Source of the DNA: a virus
Lineage: Duplodnaviria; Caudoviricetes
Length of the DNA stretch: 25,561 nt
Virus record (IMG/VR): IMGVR_UViG_3300035157_000272
Span: 1 to 25,561 of that record
Strand: one strand, 5' to 3'
Shown: piece by piece, positions 6,435 through 15,442 of the stretch
How the letters are laid out: each line of letters opens with the position of its first letter
Position numbering within the stretch: position 1 is the stretch's first letter
Made by a program: the position numbers and the translations under genes
The notes under the pieces: model-generated
Database searches by the model: none
What the model was told of the DNA's origin: nothing
What the model saw: the letters and a program-made list of their open reading frames with translations, nothing else

Positions 6435-8149
6435 TTTTATTTGATACGATTCGTTGGAAGAATTTTCTTTCAGCAGGTGACCAGTGGATTGAAATTAAAT
6501 TAGATGAGAGTATGTCAACTCTCATTATAGGATCGAATGGTGCTGGTAAGTCTACCATTCTCGATGCTTTATGCTTTGCATTATTCAATAGACCATTCCG
6601 TAGAGTTAAAAAATCTCAACTCATTAATAGTATTAATGAGAAAGGAACAAAAGTTGAAGTGTGTTTTTCTATAGGAAGTGATGACTATAGAGTGTTTCGA
6701 TCAATGAAACCAAACACATTTGAAGTGTATAAAAATAATAAAATGGTTGACCAAGATGCTGCTGTAAAAGATACGCAGAAATATTTGGAGCAATCAGTAT
6801 TGAAACTCAATTTCAAAAGTTTTACTCAAGTTGTTATATTAGGCAGTAGTACGTTTGTGCCCTTTATGCAACTAGCTGCACCTCATCGTAGAGAAGTTAT
6901 TGAAGATCTTTTAGATATTGGTATATTCTCTTCTATGAATACCTTACTTAAGGATAAGGTTAGATCAGCAATGAGTCAAAGTAAAGATTGCGATCATTTA
7001 CTTAGGTTATCTGAAGAAAAGGTAAGTGCTCAGAAAACATTAATACAGTCTTTAGAGGCAGTAAATGAAACACGTAGGGAAGAAAAGGTTTTAAAAATAG
7101 CAGAGAATGAAGAAAAGATATTTAATCTTACTGGTGGTCTTGCTGAGATGAAGACACAGGTTGAATTATTGGAGTCTGAATATACTGGATCTGATGCTCC
7201 TAAAAAGATCTTACAGGATTTACGTCAACAACAAGCAGATAATAAATCTGCGATAAAAATTACTGCTGCTGAAATAAAGTTTTTTAGTGAAAATAATGTA
7301 TGTCCTACGTGTCATCAATCTATTGATGAAGAATTTAAAACTAATAAGCTTGCTGAGTCACATAAAGAAGGTAAAAAATATGAGAGGAAGTTAAAGAAAC
7401 TTGAGAAAACTGTTAAAGAAACTATTAGTATTATTGATAAGTTAGATGATGTATCTTCTAAGTTATATGAGTCTCGTAGTGAAGCATCTCAAATGGAAAA
7501 AGAGATCATTCGTATAGAGAAAGATAATATACAGTTGACAAAAGAGATGAGTGATATTGTAGATCATCAATCTATTACACACATTGAGGATGAATTAATT
7601 GAGTTGGAAAATGAATACAAGAAAGTTGAAACTGATTGTTCTTCTATCAATAAAACATTAGATGAGTATAAAGTTGTTTCTACTTTATTAAAGGATGGTG
7701 GAATCAAGAGTCAAATTATTAAGAAGTATGTACCTGTTATTAATAAGTTGATTAATAAGTATCTACAGAGTATGGATTTCTATATTAACTTCACACTTGA
7801 TGAGGAGTTTAATGAAATAATTAAGAGTAGATTTAGAGATGAGTTTTCTTATGCATCATTTTCTGAGGGTGAGAAGCAGAAGATAGACTTAGCACTTCTC
7901 TTTACATGGAGAGAGATTGCACGTATGAAAAATTCTGTTGCAACAAATCTTCTTATACTTGATGAGGTATTTGATAGTTCCTTGGATGATCAAGCAACTG
8001 GTGAGTTGTTAAAAATTCTTAGAAGTCTTGGTGTCGGAACAAATGTATTTGTAATATCCCATAAAGGTGATATACTGGTGGACAAATTCCTCAAGACTAT
8101 TAAGTTTGAAAAACAAAATGATTTTTCTAAGATGTCTGAAGAATCATAA
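6431..8149 (+). CDS. g46: gp46 recombination ATPase (Rad50/SbcC-like)
   Basis: GSNGAGKS, zinc hook CPTC, FSEGE signature, LLILDE, ISH. Confidence 0.95.
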   Translation: MILFDTIRWKNFLSAGDQWIEIKLDESMSTLIIGSNGAGKSTILDALCFALFNRPFRRVKKSQLINSINEKGTKVEVCFSIGSDDYRVFRSMKPNTFEVYKNNKMVDQDAAVKDTQKYLEQSVLKLNFKSFTQVVILGSSTFVPFMQLAAPHRREVIEDLLDIGIFSSMNTLLKDKVRSAMSQSKDCDHLLRLSEEKVSAQKTLIQSLEAVNETRREEKVLKIAENEEKIFNLTGGLAEMKTQVELLESEYTGSDAPKKILQDLRQQQADNKSAIKITAAEIKFFSENNVCPTCHQSIDEEFKTNKLAESHKEGKKYERKLKKLEKTVKETISIIDKLDDVSSKLYESRSEASQMEKEIIRIEKDNIQLTKEMSDIVDHQSITHIEDELIELENEYKKVETDCSSINKTLDEYKVVSTLLKDGGIKSQIIKKYVPVINKLINKYLQSMDFYINFTLDEEFNEIIKSRFRDEFSYASFSEGEKQKIDLALLFTWREIARMKNSVATNLLILDEVFDSSLDDQATGELLKILRSLGVGTNVFVISHKGDILVDKFLKTIKFEKQNDFSKMSEES

Positions 8150-8152
8150 ATA
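8145..8152 (+). promoter_or_regulatory. late promoter CATAAATA
   Basis: overlaps the g46 stop, 17 nt before the next ORF. Confidence 0.55.
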
Positions 8153-8169
8153 AGTTTGTTAAATTTTAA

Positions 8170-8415
8170 ATGCTGATGAATAACGCTGTATTATATTCTA
8201 ACGAGAGTCAAGAATGTGAACGTATGGCTTCTCTATTAAGTTCAATAGACAGTAATTATCAAAAGTATGTTTTAGGAAGAGATTTTAGTGATAAACAATT
8301 CCATAATGAATTTGGGAGTGAGGCAACTTATCCTCAGATTACTTTAGATGGTAAACATATTGGTAATATCAAGGAAACTCTAAGACACATGAACAAAGTC
8401 GGATTGATTAAATGA
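8170..8415 (+). CDS. glutaredoxin-like protein with a single Cys
   Basis: ATYPQITLDGKHIG glutaredoxin motif; SQEC in place of CXXC. Confidence 0.75.
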   Translation: MLMNNAVLYSNESQECERMASLLSSIDSNYQKYVLGRDFSDKQFHNEFGSEATYPQITLDGKHIGNIKETLRHMNKVGLIK

Positions 8416-8624
8416 AAGCATGGAGGATATGGAAGTATGCGTTGGGTAGCTTTTCTGACGAAAAAACTAAACCCTACGACAACTACGTTGTTTTGGTACG
8501 TTCTGTTATTTTCGTATCTTATCTCGTCACTAACTGTTTTATTGTTGCAGGGGTTATAAGGCATTGGGACAGTAACAAAACTGTCCACCAAGTTGCACAT
8601 GCATCTTCAAACCTGTTATACTAG
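8412..8624 (+). CDS. small membrane protein
   Basis: WRIWKYALGSFSD, hydrophobic segment VVLVRSVIFVSYLVTNCFIVAGVI; ATGA-coupled. Confidence 0.75.
   Translation: MKAWRIWKYALGSFSDEKTKPYDNYVVLVRSVIFVSYLVTNCFIVAGVIRHWDSNKTVHQVAHASSNLLY
8567..8622 (+). promoter_or_regulatory. early-type promoter: inverted repeat plus sigma70 boxes
   Basis: GGACAG-N8-CTGTCC(AC), TTGCAC 8593-8598, TGT-TATACT 8614-8622. Confidence 0.75.
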
Positions 8625-8644
8625 GTGTATCAAAGACGAGGATT

Positions 8645-10786
8645 ATGATCAATCAGGAAGTTAAAGGCACGCTTGCTAAACTGCTTGCTACTGAAAATCT
8701 AAGAGTCGAGCATCGTAATGTAACTACTGCATGTTTTGATGTTGATAAGAGGGTGTTGATACTACCTGTGTGGGAGGATGCGTCTAATACTGTATATGAT
8801 TTGTTGGTAGGACATGAGGTTGGACATGCTCTTTATACTCCTAATGAAACATTCGATGCACCAAAAGATTTTGTGAATGTTATAGAGGATGCTCGTATTG
8901 AGAGAATGATGAAGAAGACTTATCCTGGTTTGAGGAAGTCATTCTTTGATGGGTATAGTGAGTTGTGGGATAGAGATTTCTTTGGAGTTAGGGGTGAGGA
9001 TCTTAGTTTGATTCCTTTCATTGATCGTATCAACCTATACTATAAGGGTAATAGGTCTATAGAATTTACAGATGAGGAAAGAGTATATGTAGATCGTGCT
9101 GCTTATACAAAAACTTTTGCAGATGTTTTAGAACTTGCTACAGAGATCTATGAGTATGCACAAGCAAAGCAAGATGAGAAGGATCAGCAGCAAGCACAAG
9201 TAGATGCTGATGGAGGTTCTGAAGGGGATATAGAAGAGATTGAGATTGAGAATGAGAAGAGTGTTGATGATATGACAGATGAGGAATTACTTGAGGAATT
9301 AAATAAACCACTTAATCCTACAACACCATCACAACCTGATCCTGATCTAGATACTCCTAGTTTTGATGCTGGTAATACTCCTGTAGGTGGAGCGACACAT
9401 GATGAAACCAAATCAATAACAGAAGAAGCACTTCGTGAGTCACTAGAAACATTAGTTTCTGATGATGCTAAGGAATGGATTTATCTTGATCTACCTAATG
9501 TCAATTTAAATGATTTTCGTATTGGTCATAAGAAAATATCTGAGGATATGGAAGAACATTTTTCTACCATAGAAGCAGTGAGAATAGAAGATAATCTTAG
9601 TGAGTATAGACAGTATAAAAAATCTGCTCAAAAATCTGTTAACTATCTTGTAAAACAGTTTGAGATGAAGAAGTCTGCAGATCAGTATGCAAGAAATTCA
9701 GTATCTAAAACTGGTGTTATTGATACTAACAAACTTCATACTTACAGATATAATGAAGATATCTTTAAGAAAATAAATGTTGTGCCCGATGGCAAGAACC
9801 ATGGCTTGGTTATGTTACTAGATTGGTCTGGATCCATGAGTCAAGTCTTAATGGATACTCTAAAGCAAACTTATAATCTAGTTTGGTTCTGTAAAAAAGT
9901 AAACATACCCTTTCGAGTTTACGCATTCCAGAATAGTTTTGGATCTTATACCGACATGGAAAAGGATCATGTAAAGGATAATAATTTGTATGTTGGTGAT
10001 GGCTTCAAACTATTAGAATTCTTTTCTTCTAGGATGAATAACAAGAAGTTAGATAGGCAGTTAGAGAACATATGGCTTCATTCTAAAGCTATGACTCATT
10101 ATGGATATTATTCTTATCATAAAGATTATGGATTAGGTGGCACTCCTTTAGGTGAAGCTATCATGTGTATGCGTCAGGTTGTAAATGAAATGAAGTCTGT
10201 TGAGAAAGTGCAAAAAGTTAATGTAGTTTCTTTAACTGATGGTGAAGCAAATCCTCTACAGTATGTTACAACTAATGAAAGATACTATGATGGTCGTTTT
10301 GGAATTGATGATAAGTTGATTGTAAGACAAATGTGTCATTCTCATGGAAAGGTATTTGTTTTAAGAGATCCTCTTACTGGGTATACTCGTAAATTTGATC
10401 ACAATCCTTTTAAGACTACACAACAAATTGTATCTTTCTATAAAGAGATTACTGATTATAACTGGATTGGTATTCGTCTTTGCAGTAAAACTGAAATGGT
10501 TAGGACTGTTAGAGAGCACATTGGTTGGGGTAATGAAGATGTGCTTGAGAAGATATCAAATACATGGAGTAAAGAAAAACATGCTACAGTAACTGGTCTA
10601 ACTGGATTCACAAAACATTTCTTTATGCCTAATAAATCTATTGGTGATGGCACTGAGGATTTAGAAGTCAAGCAAAAGGGTGAAGTTGCAACTAGAGCAG
10701 AATTGAATCGTGCATTCAAAAAGCATATGGGTTCAAAGATGACTAATAAAACTATCCTAAATGCCTTTGTTGAGCAAATAGCATGA
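8645..10786 (+). CDS. HEXXH metallopeptidase-like + VWA domain protein (CobT-like partner of CobS)
   Basis: HEVGHALYT, NVIEDARIE, acidic linker, MIDAS DWSGS...GGTP...LTDGE. Confidence 0.85.
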   Translation: MINQEVKGTLAKLLATENLRVEHRNVTTACFDVDKRVLILPVWEDASNTVYDLLVGHEVGHALYTPNETFDAPKDFVNVIEDARIERMMKKTYPGLRKSFFDGYSELWDRDFFGVRGEDLSLIPFIDRINLYYKGNRSIEFTDEERVYVDRAAYTKTFADVLELATEIYEYAQAKQDEKDQQQAQVDADGGSEGDIEEIEIENEKSVDDMTDEELLEELNKPLNPTTPSQPDPDLDTPSFDAGNTPVGGATHDETKSITEEALRESLETLVSDDAKEWIYLDLPNVNLNDFRIGHKKISEDMEEHFSTIEAVRIEDNLSEYRQYKKSAQKSVNYLVKQFEMKKSADQYARNSVSKTGVIDTNKLHTYRYNEDIFKKINVVPDGKNHGLVMLLDWSGSMSQVLMDTLKQTYNLVWFCKKVNIPFRVYAFQNSFGSYTDMEKDHVKDNNLYVGDGFKLLEFFSSRMNNKKLDRQLENIWLHSKAMTHYGYYSYHKDYGLGGTPLGEAIMCMRQVVNEMKSVEKVQKVNVVSLTDGEANPLQYVTTNERYYDGRFGIDDKLIVRQMCHSHGKVFVLRDPLTGYTRKFDHNPFKTTQQIVSFYKEITDYNWIGIRLCSKTEMVRTVREHIGWGNEDVLEKISNTWSKEKHATVTGLTGFTKHFFMPNKSIGDGTEDLEVKQKGEVATRAELNRAFKKHMGSKMTNKTILNAFVEQIA

Positions 10787-11472
10787 GTAGAAGTATAGTA
10801 GAAGATATATCAGATCTCATTCGTCAGGTAGTCCAAGAACTACCTGGCTTTGAGAAGATGGATAATGAGTATCCTGAGATAGATCATGAACAAGTACACA
10901 TTGTTAATGAGATGTGGAAGTCCACTGGTCTTAGGAAGATACATTTAGAGACTGGTAAAGCACAAGGTATGGATGTGCTTCATTGTGTTTTATTTCCAGA
11001 TCCCAGATATAATATTCCTATCTTTGGATGTGATATTGTTGCTACTCCAACAACAGTCACTGCTGCAATTGTGGATGTGTCACCTGTATATGGAGCAGAG
11101 AGAGTGTATCCTGATATAGCAAGAGTGGCTAATAACTTTACCTTTAAACATAAGAGACCTTTACCATTATGGGGTGATGATATATTTTCTCCTCATTGTA
11201 AGTTCATGCGTCTTAAAAGTGAGATTGATAAAGCAAATTATTATTGTGTAGTATCATTGTACCTAAGAATATTTTGTGATGTTGTACGTGATGCTAAACA
11301 TGATCATTTCTGGCCTAATGTAATGAGAAGAATTGATGATCAGATTTGGTATTGTCAGTCACAAAAGAAAAATGATAAGACTTTAGCAGTATTATCTAAA
11401 TGGTTTGATAAAGAATTTGCAGAGAAATATATAGATACTATACTGTTTGATGAACCAGATGCAAAATACTAA
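10783..11472 (+). CDS. pcyA: phycocyanobilin:ferredoxin oxidoreductase
   Basis: RKIHLE, DVLHCVLFP, PIFGCDIV, AAIVDVSP, LPLWGDDIFS, YCQSQKKNDKT. Confidence 0.9.
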   Translation: MSRSIVEDISDLIRQVVQELPGFEKMDNEYPEIDHEQVHIVNEMWKSTGLRKIHLETGKAQGMDVLHCVLFPDPRYNIPIFGCDIVATPTTVTAAIVDVSPVYGAERVYPDIARVANNFTFKHKRPLPLWGDDIFSPHCKFMRLKSEIDKANYYCVVSLYLRIFCDVVRDAKHDHFWPNVMRRIDDQIWYCQSQKKNDKTLAVLSKWFDKEFAEKYIDTILFDEPDAKY

Positions 11473-11623
11473 ATGGTCAGCATACATATTATTGCAATCA
11501 AACAGACTTACTAAAGTAGAGTTTGTTTGTGAATCTAATTTGAGAGAAGATGCTATACAAAGATGCAAGGCATTATATGGTGTGAGTGATGTAAGGCAAC
11601 TGACTAGGGTGTGGACACATTAG
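11450..11623 (+). CDS. 57-aa hypothetical protein (not in ORF track)
   Basis: MNQMQNTKWSAYILLQSNRLTKVEFVCESNLREDAIQRCKALYGVSDVRQLTRVWTH fills the pcyA-cobS gap; alternative start 11459. Confidence 0.75.
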   Translation: MNQMQNTKWSAYILLQSNRLTKVEFVCESNLREDAIQRCKALYGVSDVRQLTRVWTH

Positions 11624-11668
11624 AAAGTGACCACACATGGTTGATTCATGGCTTGAGCGTGTTATAAT
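11611..11668 (+). promoter_or_regulatory. early-type promoter: inverted repeat plus sigma70 boxes
   Basis: GTGGACAC-N8-GTGACCAC, TTGATT 11641-11646, TGT-TATAAT 11660-11668. Confidence 0.75.
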
Positions 11669-11691
11669 TAATCTATAAACAAAAGAGATCT

Positions 11692-12786
11692 ATGACCTTT
11701 CAAGCAAAATTTACAGACGATGCCCTAATCTCCTTCTTTGATACTGGAGATATTACTAGTGACCAAGTAACAAGTTTTGCTGAGAGTGTTGGTGTTAAGA
11801 CTCAAAGCGTTACAAAGAGAATGAATAAGTTGCCACAGTTTTCTAAGGTTGGTCGTGGTAAGTGGAATCTTAGTATTGTAGAAGCTAAAGAAGTTCAAGA
11901 GCAAGTCACTAGACAAGTGAGGAAAGCAATTGAAAATCTTGCACCAGCAAAGGATCCTAATTATGTTCCTTTTGGTAACTTCTCTGATGTTAAGAAAGTT
12001 ATTCAGTCAAAGTTATTCTATCCCACATTCATTACTGGACTCTCTGGTAATGGTAAGACTCTATCAGTAGAGCAAGCATGTGCTCAGTTGGGTAGAGAAC
12101 TTATTCGTGTAAACATTACAATCGAAACAGATGAAGACGATCTTATTGGCGGTTTCCGTCTTGTTGATGGCAACACCGTATGGCACAATGGCCCAGTCAT
12201 CGAAGCACTCAGACGAGGTGCTATCTTGCTCCTTGACGAAATCGACCTTGCCTCTAATAAAATTCTCTGTCTCCAATCCATTCTTGAAGGAAAAGGAGTC
12301 TTCCTTAAAAAAATCGGAGAATACGTCCAACCAAAAGACGGATTCAACATCATCGCAACTGCTAACACTAAAGGTAAAGGATCCGAAGACGGACGATTTA
12401 TTGGAACTAATGTGCTCAACGAAGCCTTCTTAGAAAGATTCCCTGTAACCTTTGAGCAGAATTATCCTACTCCAGTTGTTGAGACTAAGATCTTACTTAA
12501 TGCTGGATGCGAGCAAGAGTTTGCTGATAACCTAATCAAGTGGGCAGGTGTTATTCGTAAGACATTCTATGATGGTGGTGTTGATGAAGTTATAACCACT
12601 CGTAGATTAGTTCATATCGTGCAAGCTAAAGAGATCTTTGGTGATCGTCTTAAAGCAATTACTAATTGTATTGCTAGGTTTGATGATGACACTAAGGAAT
12701 CTTTCCTAGACCTTTATACAAAGGTTGACGCAGGAGAAGAAACAGAGTATACTGAGGAGGACAAACAAGATAATAATGAAGTATAG
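11692..12786 (+). CDS. cobS: CobS / MoxR-like AAA+ ATPase
   Basis: GLSGNGKT, DEDDLIG, LLLDEID, ATANTKG, AFLERF, ITTRRL. Confidence 0.9.
   Translation: MTFQAKFTDDALISFFDTGDITSDQVTSFAESVGVKTQSVTKRMNKLPQFSKVGRGKWNLSIVEAKEVQEQVTRQVRKAIENLAPAKDPNYVPFGNFSDVKKVIQSKLFYPTFITGLSGNGKTLSVEQACAQLGRELIRVNITIETDEDDLIGGFRLVDGNTVWHNGPVIEALRRGAILLLDEIDLASNKILCLQSILEGKGVFLKKIGEYVQPKDGFNIIATANTKGKGSEDGRFIGTNVLNEAFLERFPVTFEQNYPTPVVETKILLNAGCEQEFADNLIKWAGVIRKTFYDGGVDEVITTRRLVHIVQAKEIFGDRLKAITNCIARFDDDTKESFLDLYTKVDAGEETEYTEEDKQDNNEV
12131..12433 (+). CDS. putative nested secreted protein (100 aa), +1 frame of cobS
   Basis: signal peptide MKTILLAVSVLLMATPYGTMA, S/T/K-rich body, two Cys; strong local codon shift in cobS. 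Confidence 0.55.
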   Translation: MKTILLAVSVLLMATPYGTMAQSSKHSDEVLSCSLTKSTLPLIKFSVSNPFLKEKESSLKKSENTSNQKTDSTSSQLLTLKVKDPKTDDLLELMCSTKPS

Positions 12787-13087
12787 TGAAAATGAAATCC
12801 TGAAGGAGGTATCTGATTATATCAGTGCCACCTATCAGGGTCACTACAGCACTGGTGGGGTGCAAACATTAGATCTCATTGATTCTGTTGGAGATGCTGA
12901 AGCATTCTGTAGGAGTAATATCCTTAAGTATGCTTCTAGGTATGATAGAAAGGGTACAGCAAGAAGGGATATCATTAAGATCATCCACTATGCAATTCTC
13001 CTATGCCACTTCAACGATAAACGGGCTAAATCACAAGATCTAGCAGCAAACAACACTACATCATTCGCAGTTGATTACGACAAATGA
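12776..13087 (+). CDS. DUF3310-like protein (putative nucleotide kinase)
   Basis: TYQGHY, FCRSNILKYASRYDRKG, DIIKIIHY; start moved to ATG 12776. Confidence 0.7.
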   Translation: MKYSENEILKEVSDYISATYQGHYSTGGVQTLDLIDSVGDAEAFCRSNILKYASRYDRKGTARRDIIKIIHYAILLCHFNDKRAKSQDLAANNTTSFAVDYDK

Positions 13088-13746
13088 CAGTAATTTCTAA
13101 AGAGACCATTGATCTATTACAAAACTTTTCGACTATTAATAAGTCAATTGTTATTAAACCTGGTAATCAGATTGAAACACTTAGTTTAAATAAGAACATT
13201 CTTGCCAAAGCAAAGGTGCAAGAAACTTTTGATCGTGATATGGCGATCTATGATTTACCATCTTTGATATCACTCTTTAATCTATTTGATGGCAGTCCAC
13301 AAATTGATACTGATACAAGCAGTCATTTGTTAATCAGTAATCAGAATAGTAGATCTAAGGTAAAATTCTTCTATTCAGATCCAGACATTATTGTTCAACC
13401 ACCTGATAAAGAAGTTGATCTTCCTTCTGAAGATGTATCCTTTAGGTTAGAAGCACCAGTGCTTCAGCAGATTCGTAAGGCATGGTCTATCTGTGGTGTG
13501 CCAGATCTATGTTTGACTGGTAATGGTCAGGAGATGGAGTTGTGCTTGACTGATAAGAAGAATGATACATCCAATACATACTCGGTTGTGGTTGGTGAAA
13601 CTGATGAGGAGTTTTGTTTCTGTTTTAAGATGGAGAACTTAAAACTATATCCTCAAGGTTATGATGTAACTATTAGCAAAGCTAATGTTGCTCGCTTTGA
13701 AGCAGACAATGTTAAGTATCTTATTGCTTTAGAACCTAATGCCTAA
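13084..13746 (+). CDS. g45: gp45 sliding clamp
   Basis: ISKETIDLLQNFSTINKSI, AIYDL, YLIALE. Confidence 0.93.
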   Translation: MTVISKETIDLLQNFSTINKSIVIKPGNQIETLSLNKNILAKAKVQETFDRDMAIYDLPSLISLFNLFDGSPQIDTDTSSHLLISNQNSRSKVKFFYSDPDIIVQPPDKEVDLPSEDVSFRLEAPVLQQIRKAWSICGVPDLCLTGNGQEMELCLTDKKNDTSNTYSVVVGETDEEFCFCFKMENLKLYPQGYDVTISKANVARFEADNVKYLIALEPNA

Positions 13747-14683
13747 TGATTTTCTATGGGTCGAGAAGTATCGACCTCAGACTATTGAGGATTGTATTCT
13801 CCCTATAGATATAAAGGAGACCTTCAAAAGTTTCATAGAGCAAGGTGAGATACCAAATCTCTTGCTCTCTGGTACTGCTGGAGTTGGTAAAACTACCATT
13901 GCGAAAGCATTGTGTAATGAATTGGGAGCAGATTTTTATGTCATTAACGGATCCGATGAAGGTAGGTTTCTCGATACTGTCAGGAATCAAGCGAAAAACT
14001 TCGCAGCCACTGTATCCCTTACTGCAACATCTAGACACAAAGTCCTTATCATTGATGAGGCAGACAACACCACCCCCGATGTACAGCTCTTACTTAGAGC
14101 CTCTATTGAGGAATTCCAAAAAAACTGCAGGTTTATATTTACGTGCAACTTTAAAAACAAAATCATAGAGCCACTACATAGTAGAACTACTGTAATTGAT
14201 TTCAATGTCAGAGGAAAAACTAAGCAAACTCTTGCAGGTCAGTTCTTTGAAAGGTGTAGAGACATCCTTACCAGAGAGAAAGTACGGTTCAATGACAAAG
14301 TGGTTGCCACAGTTATACAAAAGTACTTCCCAGATTTCAGAAGAACACTCAATGAGCTCCAAAGATATAGTTCAACAGGCTCTATTGATACTGGAATCCT
14401 CGCAGCTTTAGGTGATGCTAAGATAGATTCTCTTACTGGATATCTAAAGCATAAAAAGTTTAATGATGTTAAGAAATGGGTAACACAAAATCTAGATAGT
14501 GATCCCACTTCTATAATGAGGAAGTTGTATGATACTCTTTCTTCTATGATGGAAGGACCAAGTGTTGCAGCAGCAGTTTTAATTATTGCTGAATACCAAT
14601 ATAAGTCTGCGTTTGTAGTAGATCAAGAGATAAATCTATTAGCATGTCTTACGCAAATTATGTTGGAGTGTGAATTCAAATGA
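13739..14683 (+). CDS. g44: gp44 clamp loader large subunit
   Basis: LWVEKYRP, GTAGVGKT, IIDEAD, PLHSR, FPDFRR. Confidence 0.95.
   Translation: MPNDFLWVEKYRPQTIEDCILPIDIKETFKSFIEQGEIPNLLLSGTAGVGKTTIAKALCNELGADFYVINGSDEGRFLDTVRNQAKNFAATVSLTATSRHKVLIIDEADNTTPDVQLLLRASIEEFQKNCRFIFTCNFKNKIIEPLHSRTTVIDFNVRGKTKQTLAGQFFERCRDILTREKVRFNDKVVATVIQKYFPDFRRTLNELQRYSSTGSIDTGILAALGDAKIDSLTGYLKHKKFNDVKKWVTQNLDSDPTSIMRKLYDTLSSMMEGPSVAAAVLIIAEYQYKSAFVVDQEINLLACLTQIMLECEFK
13917..14168 (+). CDS. putative nested ORF (83 aa), +1 frame of g44
   Basis: first ATG of track ORF 13845..14168; C-ending codon enrichment in g44. Confidence 0.3.
   Translation: MNWEQIFMSLTDPMKVGFSILSGIKRKTSQPLYPLLQHLDTKSLSLMRQTTPPPMYSSYLEPLLRNSKKTAGLYLRATLKTKS
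14205..14411 (+). CDS. putative nested ORF (68 aa), +1 frame of g44
   Basis: MSEEKLSKLLQ...DIVQQALLILESSQL; the codon anomaly in g44 ends at its stop. Confidence 0.35.
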   Translation: MSEEKLSKLLQVSSLKGVETSLPERKYGSMTKWLPQLYKSTSQISEEHSMSSKDIVQQALLILESSQL

Positions 14684-14859
14684 GAACACAGAATAAGGAA
14701 AACTATTATTATATGTTTTGGGTGGTTGCAATGGTAGCATTTATTGTACCTCAAGTATACACCGCAATAGCATATAATAAACTTGCTAATATTCTTAATG
14801 AACCTCTAGAGGTTGAGATTAAGGATATGCCACCATATAGAGTGGAGTATTATAAATGA
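14680..14859 (+). CDS. 59-aa single-TM protein (not in ORF track)
   Basis: MRTQNKENYYYMFWVVAMVAFIVPQVYTAIAYNKLANILNEPLEVEIKDMPPYRVEYYK; ATGA overlaps at both ends. Confidence 0.85.
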   Translation: MRTQNKENYYYMFWVVAMVAFIVPQVYTAIAYNKLANILNEPLEVEIKDMPPYRVEYYK

Positions 14860-15179
14860 GATTCAAAGCACTTGTCCATGTCAGATTAAGAGGATCTGTA
14901 TCTGATGCTGCTGGTAATGCAGTGATGAAAAATGTGCATCTGACTTCCCCTAAACTTCAACCACATTTGTTGAGGATTGGTAAGTGTATTGATTTTTGGT
15001 TTGATGCAGAAACTGAGGAGATAGCAAGAGAGCAGATGGATCTTCTATCTGATAGAATGCTTTCTAATACTGTGATAGAAGATTGGGAGTATACCTTAGA
15101 AGAAACTGAGGAGACTGGAATAGGAAATATATCAAATGATAATGCAGGTACATCCAAACATCACTTATTTGACGCATGA
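14856..15179 (+). CDS. purS: FGAM synthase subunit PurS
   Basis: VHVRLRGSVSDAAG, LRIGK, MLSNTVIEDW. Confidence 0.85.
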   Translation: MRFKALVHVRLRGSVSDAAGNAVMKNVHLTSPKLQPHLLRIGKCIDFWFDAETEEIAREQMDLLSDRMLSNTVIEDWEYTLEETEETGIGNISNDNAGTSKHHLFDA

Positions 15180-15442
15180 CAAAGAAACATAATTACAAGA
15201 ACCCTTCTAAGGCACAAGATCTCTCACACTTAGAGGCACAAGTTACTGAAGGTAAGAAGTATTATGATGAGCAAGGGTGGGAGATTTCCCCACCCATAAG
15301 TGATAGAGAATGTATCTATCGTTGTTTGGAGAATTGTATCAGTCTTGCTGGACTTGATAAGAAACAAGTCATGAGATTAGCAGAAGAGTTTAAGACTAAG
15401 AAAACTGAATTTGTAAGAAATGAAGAGTATCCTGTATTATGA
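15176..15442 (+). CDS. hypothetical protein
   Basis: ATGA-coupled at both ends. Confidence 0.8.
   Translation: MTKKHNYKNPSKAQDLSHLEAQVTEGKKYYDEQGWEISPPISDRECIYRCLENCISLAGLDKKQVMRLAEEFKTKKTEFVRNEEYPVL

Noticed and set aside
10395-10592. Hydrophobic +1 ORF in the VWA gene
   Set aside because: No local codon shift; shows that hydrophobicity alone is not evidence for a nested gene
10783-11472. pebS call
   Set aside because: Motifs HLE, LHCV-FP, FGCDIV and KNDKT match PcyA
12064-12419. Two antisense ORFs in cobS
   Set aside because: Likely by-products of the same codon patch; no protein-like features, unlike the +1 ORF
12894-13043. 49-aa +1 ORF in the DUF3310-like gene
   Set aside because: Codon shift covers only part of it; short; GGAG abuts the ATG
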